DNA from: Tubulanus polymorphus
Taxonomy: Eukaryota; Animalia; Nemertea
Reading direction: 5' to 3'
DNA length: 64,000 nucleotides
Assembly (NCBI RefSeq): GCF_964204645.1
Contig: NW_027437433.1
Span: 1-64,000 of the forward strand
How positions within the stretch are numbered: the first letter of the stretch is position 1; each line of letters opens with the position of its first letter. Position numbers and translations under genes: made by a program. This document shows positions 1-10,498 of this stretch, piece after piece. The notes beneath the pieces are model-generated. The model saw only the letters and a program-made list of their open reading frames with translations. It did not search any database and was not told the origin of the DNA.

Positions 1-15
1 ACTGCCCCAATGGCG

Positions 16-423
16 TTAGGCAGTTAGGAGAGACTTGAAGGCTTGAAGGCTCTCGGCGGTCACCGTTGTGGCGGGTAAGGTATTCTATTCAGCGATGGTC
101 CTTGGGAAAAATGACCACTCGCGTACTTCGGATGAACACGTTGGCCGCTGGAATGCATGCTGGCTCAGGCCTCTGGGGTAGCGTATTGGCTTGACGAGAC
201 GAGTACGGTATTGGTGTCTAGGTTGGCCAGTGTCATTGGTAATCTTGTACATCATGGCTAGTCTGGCATTCCTGCACCTATTCTCCAGTGTCGGCCATTT
301 CAGCTTCGCCAACATTGCTGTGACGCTTGAGCGGTTGTGTTGACTATTGGTGACAAACTGTGCTGCTCGACGTTGGACCATCTCTAGTTTTCGGATATCT
401 GAGGACTGATGAGGAACCCATAC
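16..423 (-). pseudogene. 3' end of a non-LTR retrotransposon ORF2 (CR1/L2/Crack-group LINE), 5'-truncated and inactivated
   Basis: The translation VWVPHQSSDIRKLEMVQRRAAQFV...LKWPTLENR...MMYKI...SFFPRTIAE matches the conserved post-RT C-terminal motifs (VWxPH, LExVQRRAxRFV, YKI, FFPRTIxxWNxLP) of CR1-group LINEs. The expected W codon is a TAG stop (85-87). The frame continues as NTLPATTVTAESLQAFKSLLTA to TAA at 16-18. Confidence 0.85.
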
Positions 424-1118
424 ATCTCTATTCACTGATGCGTGAAAAACCATCATTCAGTAAAAAGTATAAATAACATTAAGAGTGGATCGAGGCCTAA
501 GCTATTACTATCAATACAGATGGAGCATTTGACCCCGCAGATACCCTGGATTTTAGAGTGCTTTCTCTCACAGGTTTCTATGTTTATTTCAGGGTGATGC
601 TCTACTTATTAACTGCACTCATCAAGAAGTTCAAGCCGGAATAACTGTTTGGCGATGAAGTGAACAAGTGATCCCTCAAATCAGGTAGATATATCTTAGG
701 CCCTCATCACAGACCTCTACAAACCAGTTTCAGTGGTGTTTTAAAACCGAGTTAACCAAAATCCAAGCAGGTTTTCAGCGCAGTTCTCAAATCATTGATG
801 CCATCATGATTTAAAACATGTCAAAGATTGCGGCTAAATTTACTGTGTTTTGGATTTTGCAAAAATATTCGCTGTGAAAAAATTCACTGCAGAAATATCA
901 AACATGTTTGAATGGTGCGATTCACCTGCTGCTGAGCAACGAACACGCTGAAATTGACTGCGCGTCAAATGAATGAATTATTGATTCTAAATGACTGTGA
1001 TGTTTCATGCTGATTAGAGGATTTGTAGGGATGTCCCAGGTTCGAACCCAGTAATTCTGATCAGATGATAAACCAGGGTGTCTCATATACTTCAAATATT
1101 TACTACGACTGACATGAT

Positions 1119-1191
1119 CACCATCTATTGGAATTTTACTGAGCTACCAAATTATTGGATTGAACTGTATATCACAGACGCCATCTATTGG
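1119..1191. promoter_or_regulatory. Duplicated CTCF-like motif (CRCCATCTATTGG) at 60-bp spacing
   Basis: CACCATCTATTGG at 1119-1131 and CGCCATCTATTGG at 1179-1191; the latter is one mismatch from the CTCF-type core CGCCATCTAGTGG. It could equally be MITE-internal sequence. Confidence 0.25.
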
Positions 1192-1435
1192 AAATTTAGA
1201 AATTTATATCTTGATTATAAAAAAACGTGAAATTTATTTTAGATAAACACAAAATATTTCTCAAGTTGAGTCTGAACTTTTTGTTTTGATTGAGTGACTG
1301 TTCAAACCCTTTCACGAATTAGGTATCCTATTAGTACAGAGATGAATTTGATAATACCAGTGTCTGGTAAATTTTACATCAATCAGAATCTACTCGACCA
1401 AAATAAAGAAACTTGAAACCAAATTTGAGAATCTA

Positions 1436-1642
1436 GGCTAAAAAAAAATGATACCTTGTTTCTTCGAGCTAATAAGTTGACCCGCCTATCTACCTTATAC
1501 ATTACTATTTTTTAAAAATCGTGACCAATTTTACCATAACAGACCCAGCAGCTGTAGAAATGAACTGATTACAAATTTTGTCATATTTTACAAAAATGAC
1601 CCGGCCGCTGCGGGGAAACAAGGTATCAATTTTTGTTTAGCC
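1436..1642. mobile_element. 207-bp MITE, PIF/Harbinger-like (3-bp TSD)
   Basis: The left end GGCTAAAAAAAAATGATACCTTGTTTC is an imperfect inverted repeat of the right end GAAACAAGGTATCAATTTTTGTTTAGCC. CTA flanks both sides (1433-1435 and 1643-1645). No coding capacity. Confidence 0.75.
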
Positions 1643-1932
1643 CTACAGGGCTTCATTTCTGAACGATTGTTGTTTGTTTTGATTGGTGCGTTGTCATGGT
1701 GATGGCAATGTGAAATCCTGAATCCGATGTCTGGAAAAATAGTTATTCCTCAAAACAGCCAAATTTCATACTGAAATGAATAACTACACTTATTTTCATC
1801 GATATGATTACAAAATGAATTTATTTGAGCAAAATATTTCATACAAATTTATCACTGAAATATAAAATTCGACCTCGAATGAAATGAAAGGGTATTGAGT
1901 CTTGGTGACCTCTAGATACTTCAGACCGCACA

Positions 1933-1955
1933 GATGATGATGATGATGATGATGA
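1933..1955. repeat. (GAT)n microsatellite
   Basis: About 7 perfect GAT units. Confidence 0.9.
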
Positions 1956-2599
1956 AAACTTTTATTTGTGTTCTCCTCTTCTTCAGAGTCGGTCTATAAA
2001 TAGATTAAGAAAAGATATCTGCATTTTTACTTTAAAAGTCATTATCAGACCACACCGAGGGGGGGTTGAGAGGTTTGAGACGGAGAACCCCGGTTCATAA
2101 TGAATGAATGGTCCCACATCTCAAATATTACTATATATATTACTAAAACCTCCAAAAATCCAGTTGCTACCTGGTTCAAGTTGACGTGTTTTGACCAGTC
2201 AGAAACTTTGACCCCAAGTCCCGATTTATCATTCAAAGTGACGTAGATGTAAACAGTATCTCATGAGACCAGTATTAAGCTCCTAATCGTATCGAAGGAG
2301 TCTCTACGAACCTGTTCGCTGGACGTTCGTCGCCCGATAGTTTATCGAGACAATTATATGCCCTCCATATGATTTCTTCAGTCAGTTTTTATGTCACATA
2401 GTCTCGTGTACGACGCCGTCTCTATAATGAGATCACAAACATAGACTCGCCCAGTGAGAGGGAAGTCGGTGTCTTCAAGTTCCGGTTCTGGAATATCATA
2501 AAAAAAACTACCATAAACCTTTATAAACACCCCTTACACCTCACTCAGTAAAGTATCAAGGCTGAAACTACCCCTGGCTCGATATTTCAAGAGATAACG

Positions 2600-2870
2600 T
2601 AACAAGTGCCCATCCCGCATCCCGCTGTCGCAATAGCTCATCCCCCTATTGTAACAACACAATAGAACACGCCACAATTGAAATATCCCGTGCACTAGCA
2701 ATAGACGATATCCCCCAATTGAGATCGATTAGCCAATCAGCGGCCGCGTACTGTGGAGCGTGTCTGGGCTTGTCGCAGGCGCCGGGAAATTCGATTTCAG
2801 CAATAAATCGAAATATCAGTCGAATCGTGCGCCATCTTTCGCTATTCTGATTGGATTTCACTCGCAAAGG
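2600..2870. promoter_or_regulatory. CpG-rich promoter-like segment (CCAAT boxes, YY1-like CGCCATCTT)
   Basis: Locally GC/CpG rich (GCGGCCGCG). CCAAT at ~2716 and ~2733, ATTGG at ~2850, CGCCATCTT at 2830-2838. Motif evidence only. Confidence 0.3.
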
Positions 2871-3484
2871 AATACAATACGGAGAAAATGTTATAGAGGA
2901 GGTTTTCGAGTGAAAAAATTTAATATTTTCAATCGAAATTTGATGAAAATATTGCCATTTTGTGAATGGATTTCATGAAAATTCTAAGACTGGACACGGA
3001 ATTAAATTTACTTTAAAAACGTAGGATTGGATGAACTTAAATAATCACTGGATACACGTCGGAATCTGAGAAAAAGTTGCAGTTGTGTAAGTAAGTTTTT
3101 TTGTATCAACGACGGATTTATTGTTTTATACTTTAGGGATATGTTTTTCTTGAACTATATTTAGAAAGTAAGGTAAAGGTTAAACTTTGCTCGTTACAAA
3201 ATGCAATTCAAATCTACTCACGACTGGACTAATTTGACCCAACAATCAATATAGTGCTTTATGCATAAATTCTGCGCGATATTTCTCTTTAAAAAACCTC
3301 CTCATTAGTCATCCTCATTAATCTGGGTGTCTAGTTGACTGATACAAATTACGTAACAGTAAAACAACAAACTGCGTTACGATGATGAACTGTGTTTTTA
3401 TGTCGGTTTGATAGTTTATACGAGTTGAATTTACATAAATAAAATATTAGGAATTAAACTGAGGAATATTTTGAGAGAGACTCA

Positions 3485-3785
3485 GTAAGAGAGCGGTGCC
3501 GCATTAGAGACACAGGGCGGGGTAAGAGAGCGGTGCCGCATTAGAGACACAGGGCGGGGTAAGAGAGCGGTGCCGCATTAGAGACACAGGGCGGGGTAAG
3601 AGAGCGGTGCCGCATTAGAGACACAGGGCGGGGTAAGAGAGCGGTGCCACATTAGAGACACAGGGCGGGGTAAGAGAGCGGTGCCGCATTAGAGACACAG
3701 GGCGGGGTAAGAGAGCGGTGCCACATTAGAGACACAGGGCGGGGTAAGAGAGCGGTGCCGCATTAGAGACACAGGGCGGGGTAAG
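3485..3785 (+). repeat. 37-bp GC-rich minisatellite, 8.1 copies
   Basis: Unit GTAAGAGAGCGGTGCCGCATTAGAGACACAGGGCGGG. Copies 5 and 7 carry CCAC for CCGC; the others are identical. Confidence 0.97.
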
Positions 3786-4524
3786 CTGTGTTTTAGGCCG
3801 CGCTCTATTATCAACTACATCTCATTTTGCTGATAATCACTGATCAGCTCTTACAGTAACTCAGTATACTAGTTTGATTCTTGATATAAAGAAAAGTCGA
3901 GGGCAGTAGGGATTTGTACTGGTATCAGGGGTAGATAGCAGATTGCAGAACTAGTTTCACTCATTTCAGTATGAATCAGTTATGACAAAATGAGACAATT
4001 TGTAGACTGCGTTATGTTTTCCAGGGTTTGACTAGTTCTAAGTTGGATGATCGACAAATTTGTCACACATATTAAGGTACTGATCTAAAATGACCATGAT
4101 TTTTGAAAACGATATTTTTTCGGACTAATCGCAAGATTTAACAATCTTAAAGGCACTTAAGTTTATACATTGGTTAAATGGGACATTCGAAATAAATTCA
4201 AGTTAAATGATTTTCAACTAATAAAACTACGATAGCGGTGTTGCATTAGTTCATCACGCAGGAACCTGTCACAAAATCATACACAGATACATTCAGTATT
4301 AAAACGGTCCAGTTTGAGATGATATTGATATTGTATTGTTAATGATTTGCGTATAGTGACCTGCATTGAGTAAACGATGTAAAGAAGATGATTTATAGTC
4401 AAGTGAAATGTGTCAAATGTCATTGTTTATTGTTCTCGGACAATACGATGCAAATGCCTACGTGATGCGCGTTCAAACGGTTTCATCCAGTTTAGATATT
4501 CATATTTTGTACCAGTTTAGCTAA

Positions 4525-4601
4525 ACCGACGAGTATGACTAACTTTGTATCCAATCACCGACGAGTATGACTAATTATGGGTCGAATCATTGATGAGGAT
4601 G
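4525..4601 (+). repeat. Degenerate 32-bp tandem repeat (2-3 copies)
   Basis: ACCGACGAGTATGACTAA at 4525 and 4557, with a decayed third copy ATTGATGAGGATG at 4589. Confidence 0.7.
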
Positions 4602-5217
4602 TTTTGGAGGCTGGACCCGGTGTTGGCGGCACCGAAACCTCATGAAAATATAAAATAATCATTAAAATTCAAATTTCAAGTTAAATCAATTGCTATAAGA
4701 TATTTCTATAGTATCTGATTTATACTGATACATACTTCATGCAGTTCGGAATGGATTGATTTCACCAGAGCCGCGCAGTTTATAGAGCGAAGATGGATTA
4801 TGACCAGTGACCCAATAGTTAGATAATATGAAATATGAAGCTTCATTGTGTTCGACCATTCTTGTCGTTCGTTGTGTCCAGCACAGATTATTACATCTGG
4901 GTGTCAAGTGTACATTATTCATATGACTGTCGGACTTAGAGGTGCTCGCACGTCATGTCTACAGTAAAAATCAGACATTTTATCATACCTACATCTTGTG
5001 AACACGATTGTGAATGGAATCGCGATATAACTAATTCAGGATTAATATGACCTGTTCTCAAAAACTGTGAACTGTTACTGGAAACTAAATTTCTTCTTAT
5101 TCAAGATTTATTCGGCACGTTATCAAAAACACAAGGATTCAAATTGACTCAAAGATTATCATTGGATTCATACATAACACACGCTGGATTGGATAAACTG
5201 TAAGTTAAAAAAACATT

Positions 5218-5905
5218 AACAGCTGAAATTATGTTTTATAGGTTTAGTTAGTTATTAGGAACTTACTCGGTGAGTTAGTAAGTTATAGTATTACATGGAA
5301 ATATAATGGGTTAATTTAAGTGAAGAAATTAGGGTGCTATGCGTGGTGTCCTGGGAGTTCTCAGTTGGAGGAAGCTGTTTGTTTATTTTGATGCTTAATA
5401 TCTTAGTTTCAGGATCCTGTATTTCATGCTTCTTTTTTCCAGGGTTTCTCTCTTTTCTATTTCCAGGTGTTTTTCTTTTTTTTCAGAATATCGGTTTTTT
5501 AAATCTATTGCTTTACTAGACAACGCCTATTATGTAAATGAATTATTTGAAATAAACATGACAATTTCAGGGTCATCGCTGAGACAAGACCCCACAGAGA
5601 CTAGGCCACAGAGTACGTGTCTTCACCCCCAGCACACAACAGAGTGGCCCGATTCAGGTGCGGCCTGTATGTTCTATTTCAGTTAGAAGACCAAGACCCC
5701 CCTAGTCACAGAAGATTGAACCTGAAGTTGAATGATGATGACAGAGTGACTGAAGAATTCCGGTGGGATCTGTATAACATGTCTCTCTTTCAGTATTCCC
5801 CTCCCTAACCCCTAAACCCGAGCCCGAATAGGTAGGCCGAATATATAGGTTAGGTTAGAATAGTTATTTGATAAATCTGTGAATTAGAACATAATTTCAG
5901 CTGTT
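5218..5905. repeat. 18-bp perfect inverted repeat pair bracketing ~650 bp
   Basis: AACAGCTGAAATTATGTT at 5218-5235 and its reverse complement AACATAATTTCAGCTGTT at 5888-5905. Confidence 0.7.
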
Positions 5906-6713
5906 GATATAAAATGCAGTTGTAATTTCAAGTGGAACTTTTTAACAATAAAAGTTGCATTTATTTACAATTGAACTGGATTGAAAATGTTTGACAGTTT
6001 GTGAGTTAAGTGTGATTTGATTAAGATGAAGAGTTGAACTGTTGAACTCTACTTCTTATAAAATACAAATGACATTTACTTACGTACAACTGGTTTCAGG
6101 TTCAGACAGCACCCGCCCCACCCGGTCGGGTCCTATTCCTGTGGTACCTGGGTTTCTGGTTTATTTGGTTGAATTAATTTACTGATTTTGGTCGCGCTGT
6201 TTTTGATGTCGATATTTCTCGCGTATATTTTTAGAAGACGCAGTTTGTAATGTTGAAGTTTAGTTTAATTGATGATTCAAATTATTGAATAACTATTATA
6301 TTTAAATCATTCACACCTTGTTATTTTGAGGTCTCCTCTCAATTTCATATATTAATCTCGTAATAGCAGCGGTTGTTTTCGTACCATTGAACATCAGTGT
6401 TTTATTGCAAACATAGAAATTCATTACATAAAACAGAATTAAAGTCAACAATTTATTACTATTATTCTATAGATTATAAATGTTGGATGTGGCTCGACCT
6501 TTTAAGTCATCATTTTGAAGTCATTTCGTGCTGTTTGATTTTTCTCACGGCGAGTCTAAGTAGGTAGGTCTCTGTGTATTGTAATTTTACGGGGTCAGTT
6601 ACTCCAATTTCGCAACCCTCTCGTTGTCAATACGATAAAATTAAAGAAGTTTCAAAATTCACTACTGAATTCGTTATAAACTGTTGAAACTGATTATAAA
6701 TAGATATGAGTCG

Positions 6714-6758
6714 GGGTGTACTGAACTGAATTCAAATAGATAGGTTGAAAGATTCAGA
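6714..6758 (+). repeat. Outermost remnant of the 102-bp satellite (end of a C-type monomer)
   Basis: GGGTGTACTGAACTGAATTCAAATAGATAGGTTGAAAGATTCAGA matches the array, e.g. ~12668-12712 and ~13588-13632. Confidence 0.85.
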
Positions 6759-7139
6759 TTCAGGGTTGTTTTACTAAACTGGAAATGAACTAAGTTAGCC
6801 CCCTTCCCCCGGGTTAAAGTAAATAATATTCTATAAGACCGGACCAAAACTGTTTTTCCCACTCGTCCTATCACCAGTGACGATAAACAATAGATTCTCA
6901 GAAATATTTACGTTAATTCATTCTCCACGAGCACGGAGGATACGGCCCCTGATTCAAGATTTTGTGAGGTGTTCAAACACAAAAAAGTCACGAGAAACGC
7001 CTATTAAGACTTTGACTAATTAAAACCCGCAACCAGTTTAATTGTTTACCGAAGAGTCGGCTTTCCCGTTAGTTCATATGGAGTGTCATACAACTTGCCA
7101 TACACACGTAAGTGGCCATCCATTGTCAACGCTCGGGGC
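6759..7139 (-). mobile_element. 381-bp insertion into the satellite, probably a SINE or truncated LINE 3' end
   Basis: Flanked by the 13-bp direct repeat TGAAAGATTCAGA (6746-6758 and 7140-7152). Removing it restores contiguous satellite. The minus-strand end reads ...AAAACAACCC-TGAATC-TGAATC, like a short-repeat tail. Family not recognised. Confidence 0.6.
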
Positions 7140-7340
7140 TGAAAGATTCAGAATTTTCTGACTACTTATGCTTCTGAAGTTGATGGATTCAATCTGAAAA
7201 GATGGGTTAAGGCGTATTGAACTGAATTTAAATAGATAGGTGGAAAGATTCTTGAGAATTTTCTTGCTACTTATGCTCCTGATGATGATGGACTCGATCT
7301 GAAATGATAGGATAAGGTAAACTGAACTGATTTCCAGTAG
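7140..7340 (+). repeat. Two diverged satellite monomers (A' and B types)
   Basis: Aligns to ~13620-13816, including the edge-specific variant GACTACTTATGCTTCTGAAGTTGATGG and the B-type GACTCGATCTGAAATGATAGG. Ends at TTTCCAGTAG. Confidence 0.93.
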
Positions 7341-7656
7341 AACGCGTTCTCAAATGTTTTGATACTTTCTCAGTTTGTATCAAAAATATTGGTCCCGATT
7401 TTTGGTCCCTAAGTCCTGAAAAATGATAAATTTACAGTGTAAAATCGTACAAACGTTTCATCTATACCACAAAACACTTTATTTCCTGACCAATTTATGA
7501 TGTTATGTGTGGGCCATAGACCTCAATATCTGCCTGTGATCTCAACTTTCAATTAAGATTACGTAAGCTACTCGTGCCCAAAACGCGACAGGTGCACAAT
7601 AGAAAGTTACGCGCAGGGTACTTTTATTGTCGCCAACATAGAGGACCGATATTTTT

Positions 7657-7706
7657 CTAAAGACTATTAGCCATCATCACGCCTGATGATGGCTAATAGT
7701 CTTTAG
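7657..7706. repeat. Perfect 23-bp hairpin (inverted duplication) overlapping a hammerhead motif
   Basis: CTAAAGACTATTAGCCATCATCA-cgcc-TGATGATGGCTAATAGTCTTTAG. Confidence 0.92.
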
Positions 7707-7719
7707 CCGAAACGTTGCG
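7680..7719 (+). ncRNA. Minimal type I hammerhead ribozyme motif of Penelope-like element type
   Basis: CGC-CTGATGA-T-GGCTAA-tagtct-TTAGCC-GAAAC-GTT-GCG. The core boxes are intact, with a 6-bp stem II, a palindromic ACGT stem III, a GUU cleavage triplet and a 3-bp stem I (CGC/GCG). Confidence 0.7.
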
Positions 7720-8740
7720 CAAATATATATAACTCTTCTATTCAAGTTTCTCGTTTTGGCTGAACTTATTGTGGGATTTCTCTTGTTATTCATATAAGCG
7801 TATTTTAGTCCTGATTTGAATGAATGTACCCACATTTTAGGCAATGAATCGAGACTTGGTTTTATCCCATAGCGTCAACGCTAGTTCATGCTTGAGATGA
7901 GATTGTTGGTTTATATTTTGAACTCTGTAAAGAAGTTTTGTACATTTAAGCGTGAATGACGCACTGTGATGAACTATTGTACGAAATAACATATTAAATT
8001 TAATGAAAGAATCTTAATGTTCCAAAAGGAATATAAGTGTAGTTAAGATTAATAGTTGTTTTTTTCCTTAATGAAAACCGATGATATAAAATAATTTAGC
8101 TTATTATCCCCAAAGTAAAAATCCCCCGGTAAAATATTCCCAATATTTGATCTAACTAACATAAAATCAACACAATTTATTATGTTAAAAAAAACTCAAC
8201 TCATAGATTCTAGATTTTATTGCACTTCTATTAACTGAAGATGATAGTAATGATGTATAGATGTATAATATGATGACCGAACGTTTGATGAGGAATAACT
8301 ACTGTGGTTAGATACAATTCTCATTCTTAGGATACGAATCGGTTGATTGAATTCGGTCATTTAAACTACTGGCTAATTTACAGTGATCACTATTGAAACG
8401 ATTAATTGAAGTGCCCTTGAAATCAAGATAGATTCCTGTTGCGTAAATTAACTAATTTTTAAGCGACCACCTTCTATTGTCGGTATTCGGTTAGCTCTTG
8501 GTTAGCCAGAAGTTTTACCATACAGACTCGGACTAGATGATTGACTTAAATCTTTGAATCAAAATATTGTCACTGGAGTAAATATATATTCCTTATTACA
8601 CTTTCAGCAGTGATCATATTTTATATGTAAATTGAAGGTATTACTGTCATCTAAAGTTAATAAGGTATTAGAATCGCAAAATTTAAGTTGTTCAAAACCA
8701 ACATGAAAATGAGAAGAAAATACACAATATCCGTGTATGG

Positions 8741-8834
8741 TGAATAACGAGACAAATCCCACGATGAATTCAGCTAAAAATCAAATGTTCTACGAGCTAT
8801 GTTTCGGCTAATGCTATTAGCCATCATCAGGCCC
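8741..8834 (-). mobile_element. Second Penelope-like pLTR remnant with a degenerate hammerhead motif
   Basis: The minus strand reads GGGC-CTGATGA-T-GGCTAAT-agc-ATTAGCC-GAAAC-ATA-GCTC, followed by GCTGAATTCATCGTGGGATTTGTCTCGTTATTCA. That tail is homologous to GCTGAACTTATTGTGGGATTTCTCTTGTTATTCA downstream of the first motif (~7759-7792). Confidence 0.65.
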
Positions 8835-9594
8835 CCGTCGACATGAAAATATTGATACGTAAATCGAATCCATATCATAAGCATACTATACCACAAGTTA
8901 AAAAGAGTTATTTAGTTCGAATTAAAAGATAGAAAAATAAAAATATGAAAAGATAGTATGAATAAAAAGTTCATTAATTTCATTTATTCTATGAATTTAT
9001 TTAAAGATTTATTTCAACAAAAGAGATCAATGCACAGTTCAAATATATTGCAGTTGTATTGTGGATGAATATGTTTGAATAAATATCGTGCTTTCAAATG
9101 TTCTTGAAAAATCGCCAAGTGAGGATTTTACCTAGGGGATTTTTACCTACAACCATCTAAAATGCCCCAGGCCCTAAATCCAGTAGGTTTATGGCGAAAG
9201 GTTAAGATTAGGAATGTATTAGCAATATAATTTTTTGAAACAGTATTTTGTCTCCCGATGATTTGATTTGCAGGTCAGACTTAATGTTGACCAAAGTTCT
9301 TAAAGTGAATTGCTTTAAAGTAATAAATATCAATGAAACAATATTATAAATTTTGAAGTGAGTTATTTTGTAATAATCCAATTTGAGTGCACTCCGATGC
9401 ATGCTAAATTCTTATAAATTCATTTATAAATTGAATTGATACATTTTCCCTCCTCACTTATTCATTGTATATTAGTTCTACTAATGAACATAACAGTGGC
9501 TTGTGCCTAATGTCAATAAGGAGCGATTGGGTGCCGCCTCTCTGTGTTAATCTATCACGAAAGATTTAACTCGATTAGAGCCGCTGAAAACGAA

Positions 9595-9708
9595 TGTAGG
9601 TAAAAATCCCCCCCGGTAAATATCCCCCGGTAAAAATCCCACAAGGCAAAAATCCCCCCAGATAAAAATTCCCCTAGGTAAAAATCCCCCCCTGGTAAAA
9701 ATCCCCCC
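9595..9708 (+). repeat. Seven ~14-17-bp GGTAAAAATCCCC repeats, likely the subterminal array of a foldback/MITE-type element
   Basis: Begins TGTAGGTAAAAATCCC. An inverted copy of the same terminus lies at 9121-9151, with degenerate copies at ~8105-8140 (+) and ~10651-10681 (-). Confidence 0.75.
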
Positions 9709-10224
9709 ATATCCACTTTTACTATCCATAAAACTAGAGTAGAAAAAATTAACTTTTTACAACATTATTTAGGAATACATAAGTACATTAGGTATTTTAT
9801 TTTTACTTTTAAACCATAGTTTTTATAGAAAATTTCAAAATTATGATAGTGTCATTTTTGATGCATGTAGCTTGCATGTCGTATATGCTAAGTCACATAA
9901 TAATGTCATTTTTATGCACGTAGCTTGTTAAATGTCACAGATTATCCGAGGTGAATATTGTAACCAACACCACGGAGAAATGCCTCAGTTTAAGAGGAGA
10001 GAATCCCACAATTTTTTATGGACTGACCTTTCCGTGAGAGCGAAGACAAGCAAGTGAAAAATCCCTGAAAATGCGTAAACTGATGTCGTCGCTTACAATT
10101 TCCAGCGCTTTTTTATGGCAGTCCTACATCTATGAAAGTTGTGAAAACCACTCTTCAAATTGCGAGTTAAATCATACTCTGATCGTACCCAGAACGCCTC
10201 GCTGCGCGTCTAATTGTAAAAAAT

Positions 10225-10285
10225 TTTCCAGACCCCTCTATTTGGATTTGTGCACCCCCTCCATGGAATCCTGGATCCGCCGCTG
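10225..10285. mobile_element. Single terminus of a hAT-type MITE
   Basis: Ends CCTGGATCCGCCGCTG (reverse complement CAGCGGCGGATCCAGG), resembling a common invertebrate MITE terminus. No partner end seen. Confidence 0.4.
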
Positions 10286-10409
10286 GAATATAGTTGAATT
10301 TAATAAGGTTATTCATAGGTGCCTAAATGTATTTTGCTTGGTATGGGCTGATAAGTATGCCAAGTATTCTACTGGTACTGTTTTATGTATCAATTAGGTT
10401 TTCGTCGTG

Positions 10410-10498
10410 AAAAATGACCCTCACATTTGGCGATCATACCCTCAAAAGCCCCTCAAATACCCCTCAAATTTCATATCGATGATTCTGTAGGAACCATG
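10410..10498. mobile_element. Single terminus of a hAT-type MITE with CCCTCAAA subterminal repeats
   Basis: CCCTCA(A/C)A occurs four times, then CTGTAGGAACCATG (reverse complement CATGGTTCCTACAG, cf. CAGGGTTCCTAC-type ends). No partner end seen. Confidence 0.4.

Noticed and set aside
85-456. 123-aa ORF as a functional gene
   Set aside because: It is a LINE ORF2 fragment with a premature stop at a conserved Trp, and its N-terminal MMVFHASVNRD comes from unrelated adjacent sequence.
480-720. Harbinger-like termini (...GTGGATCGAGGCC-TAA at ~485-500; TTA-GGCCCTCATCACA at ~696-711)
   Set aside because: No matching partner ends or TSD pairs could be found in the window.
1028-1051. tRNA gene or SINE (B-box GGTTCGAACCC at 1039-1049)
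   Set aside because: No convincing A-box or cloverleaf; at most a SINE scrap.
5803-5858. Telomeric repeats (CCCTAACCCCTAAACCC, GGTTAGGTTAG)
   Set aside because: Only one or two degenerate units, not an array.
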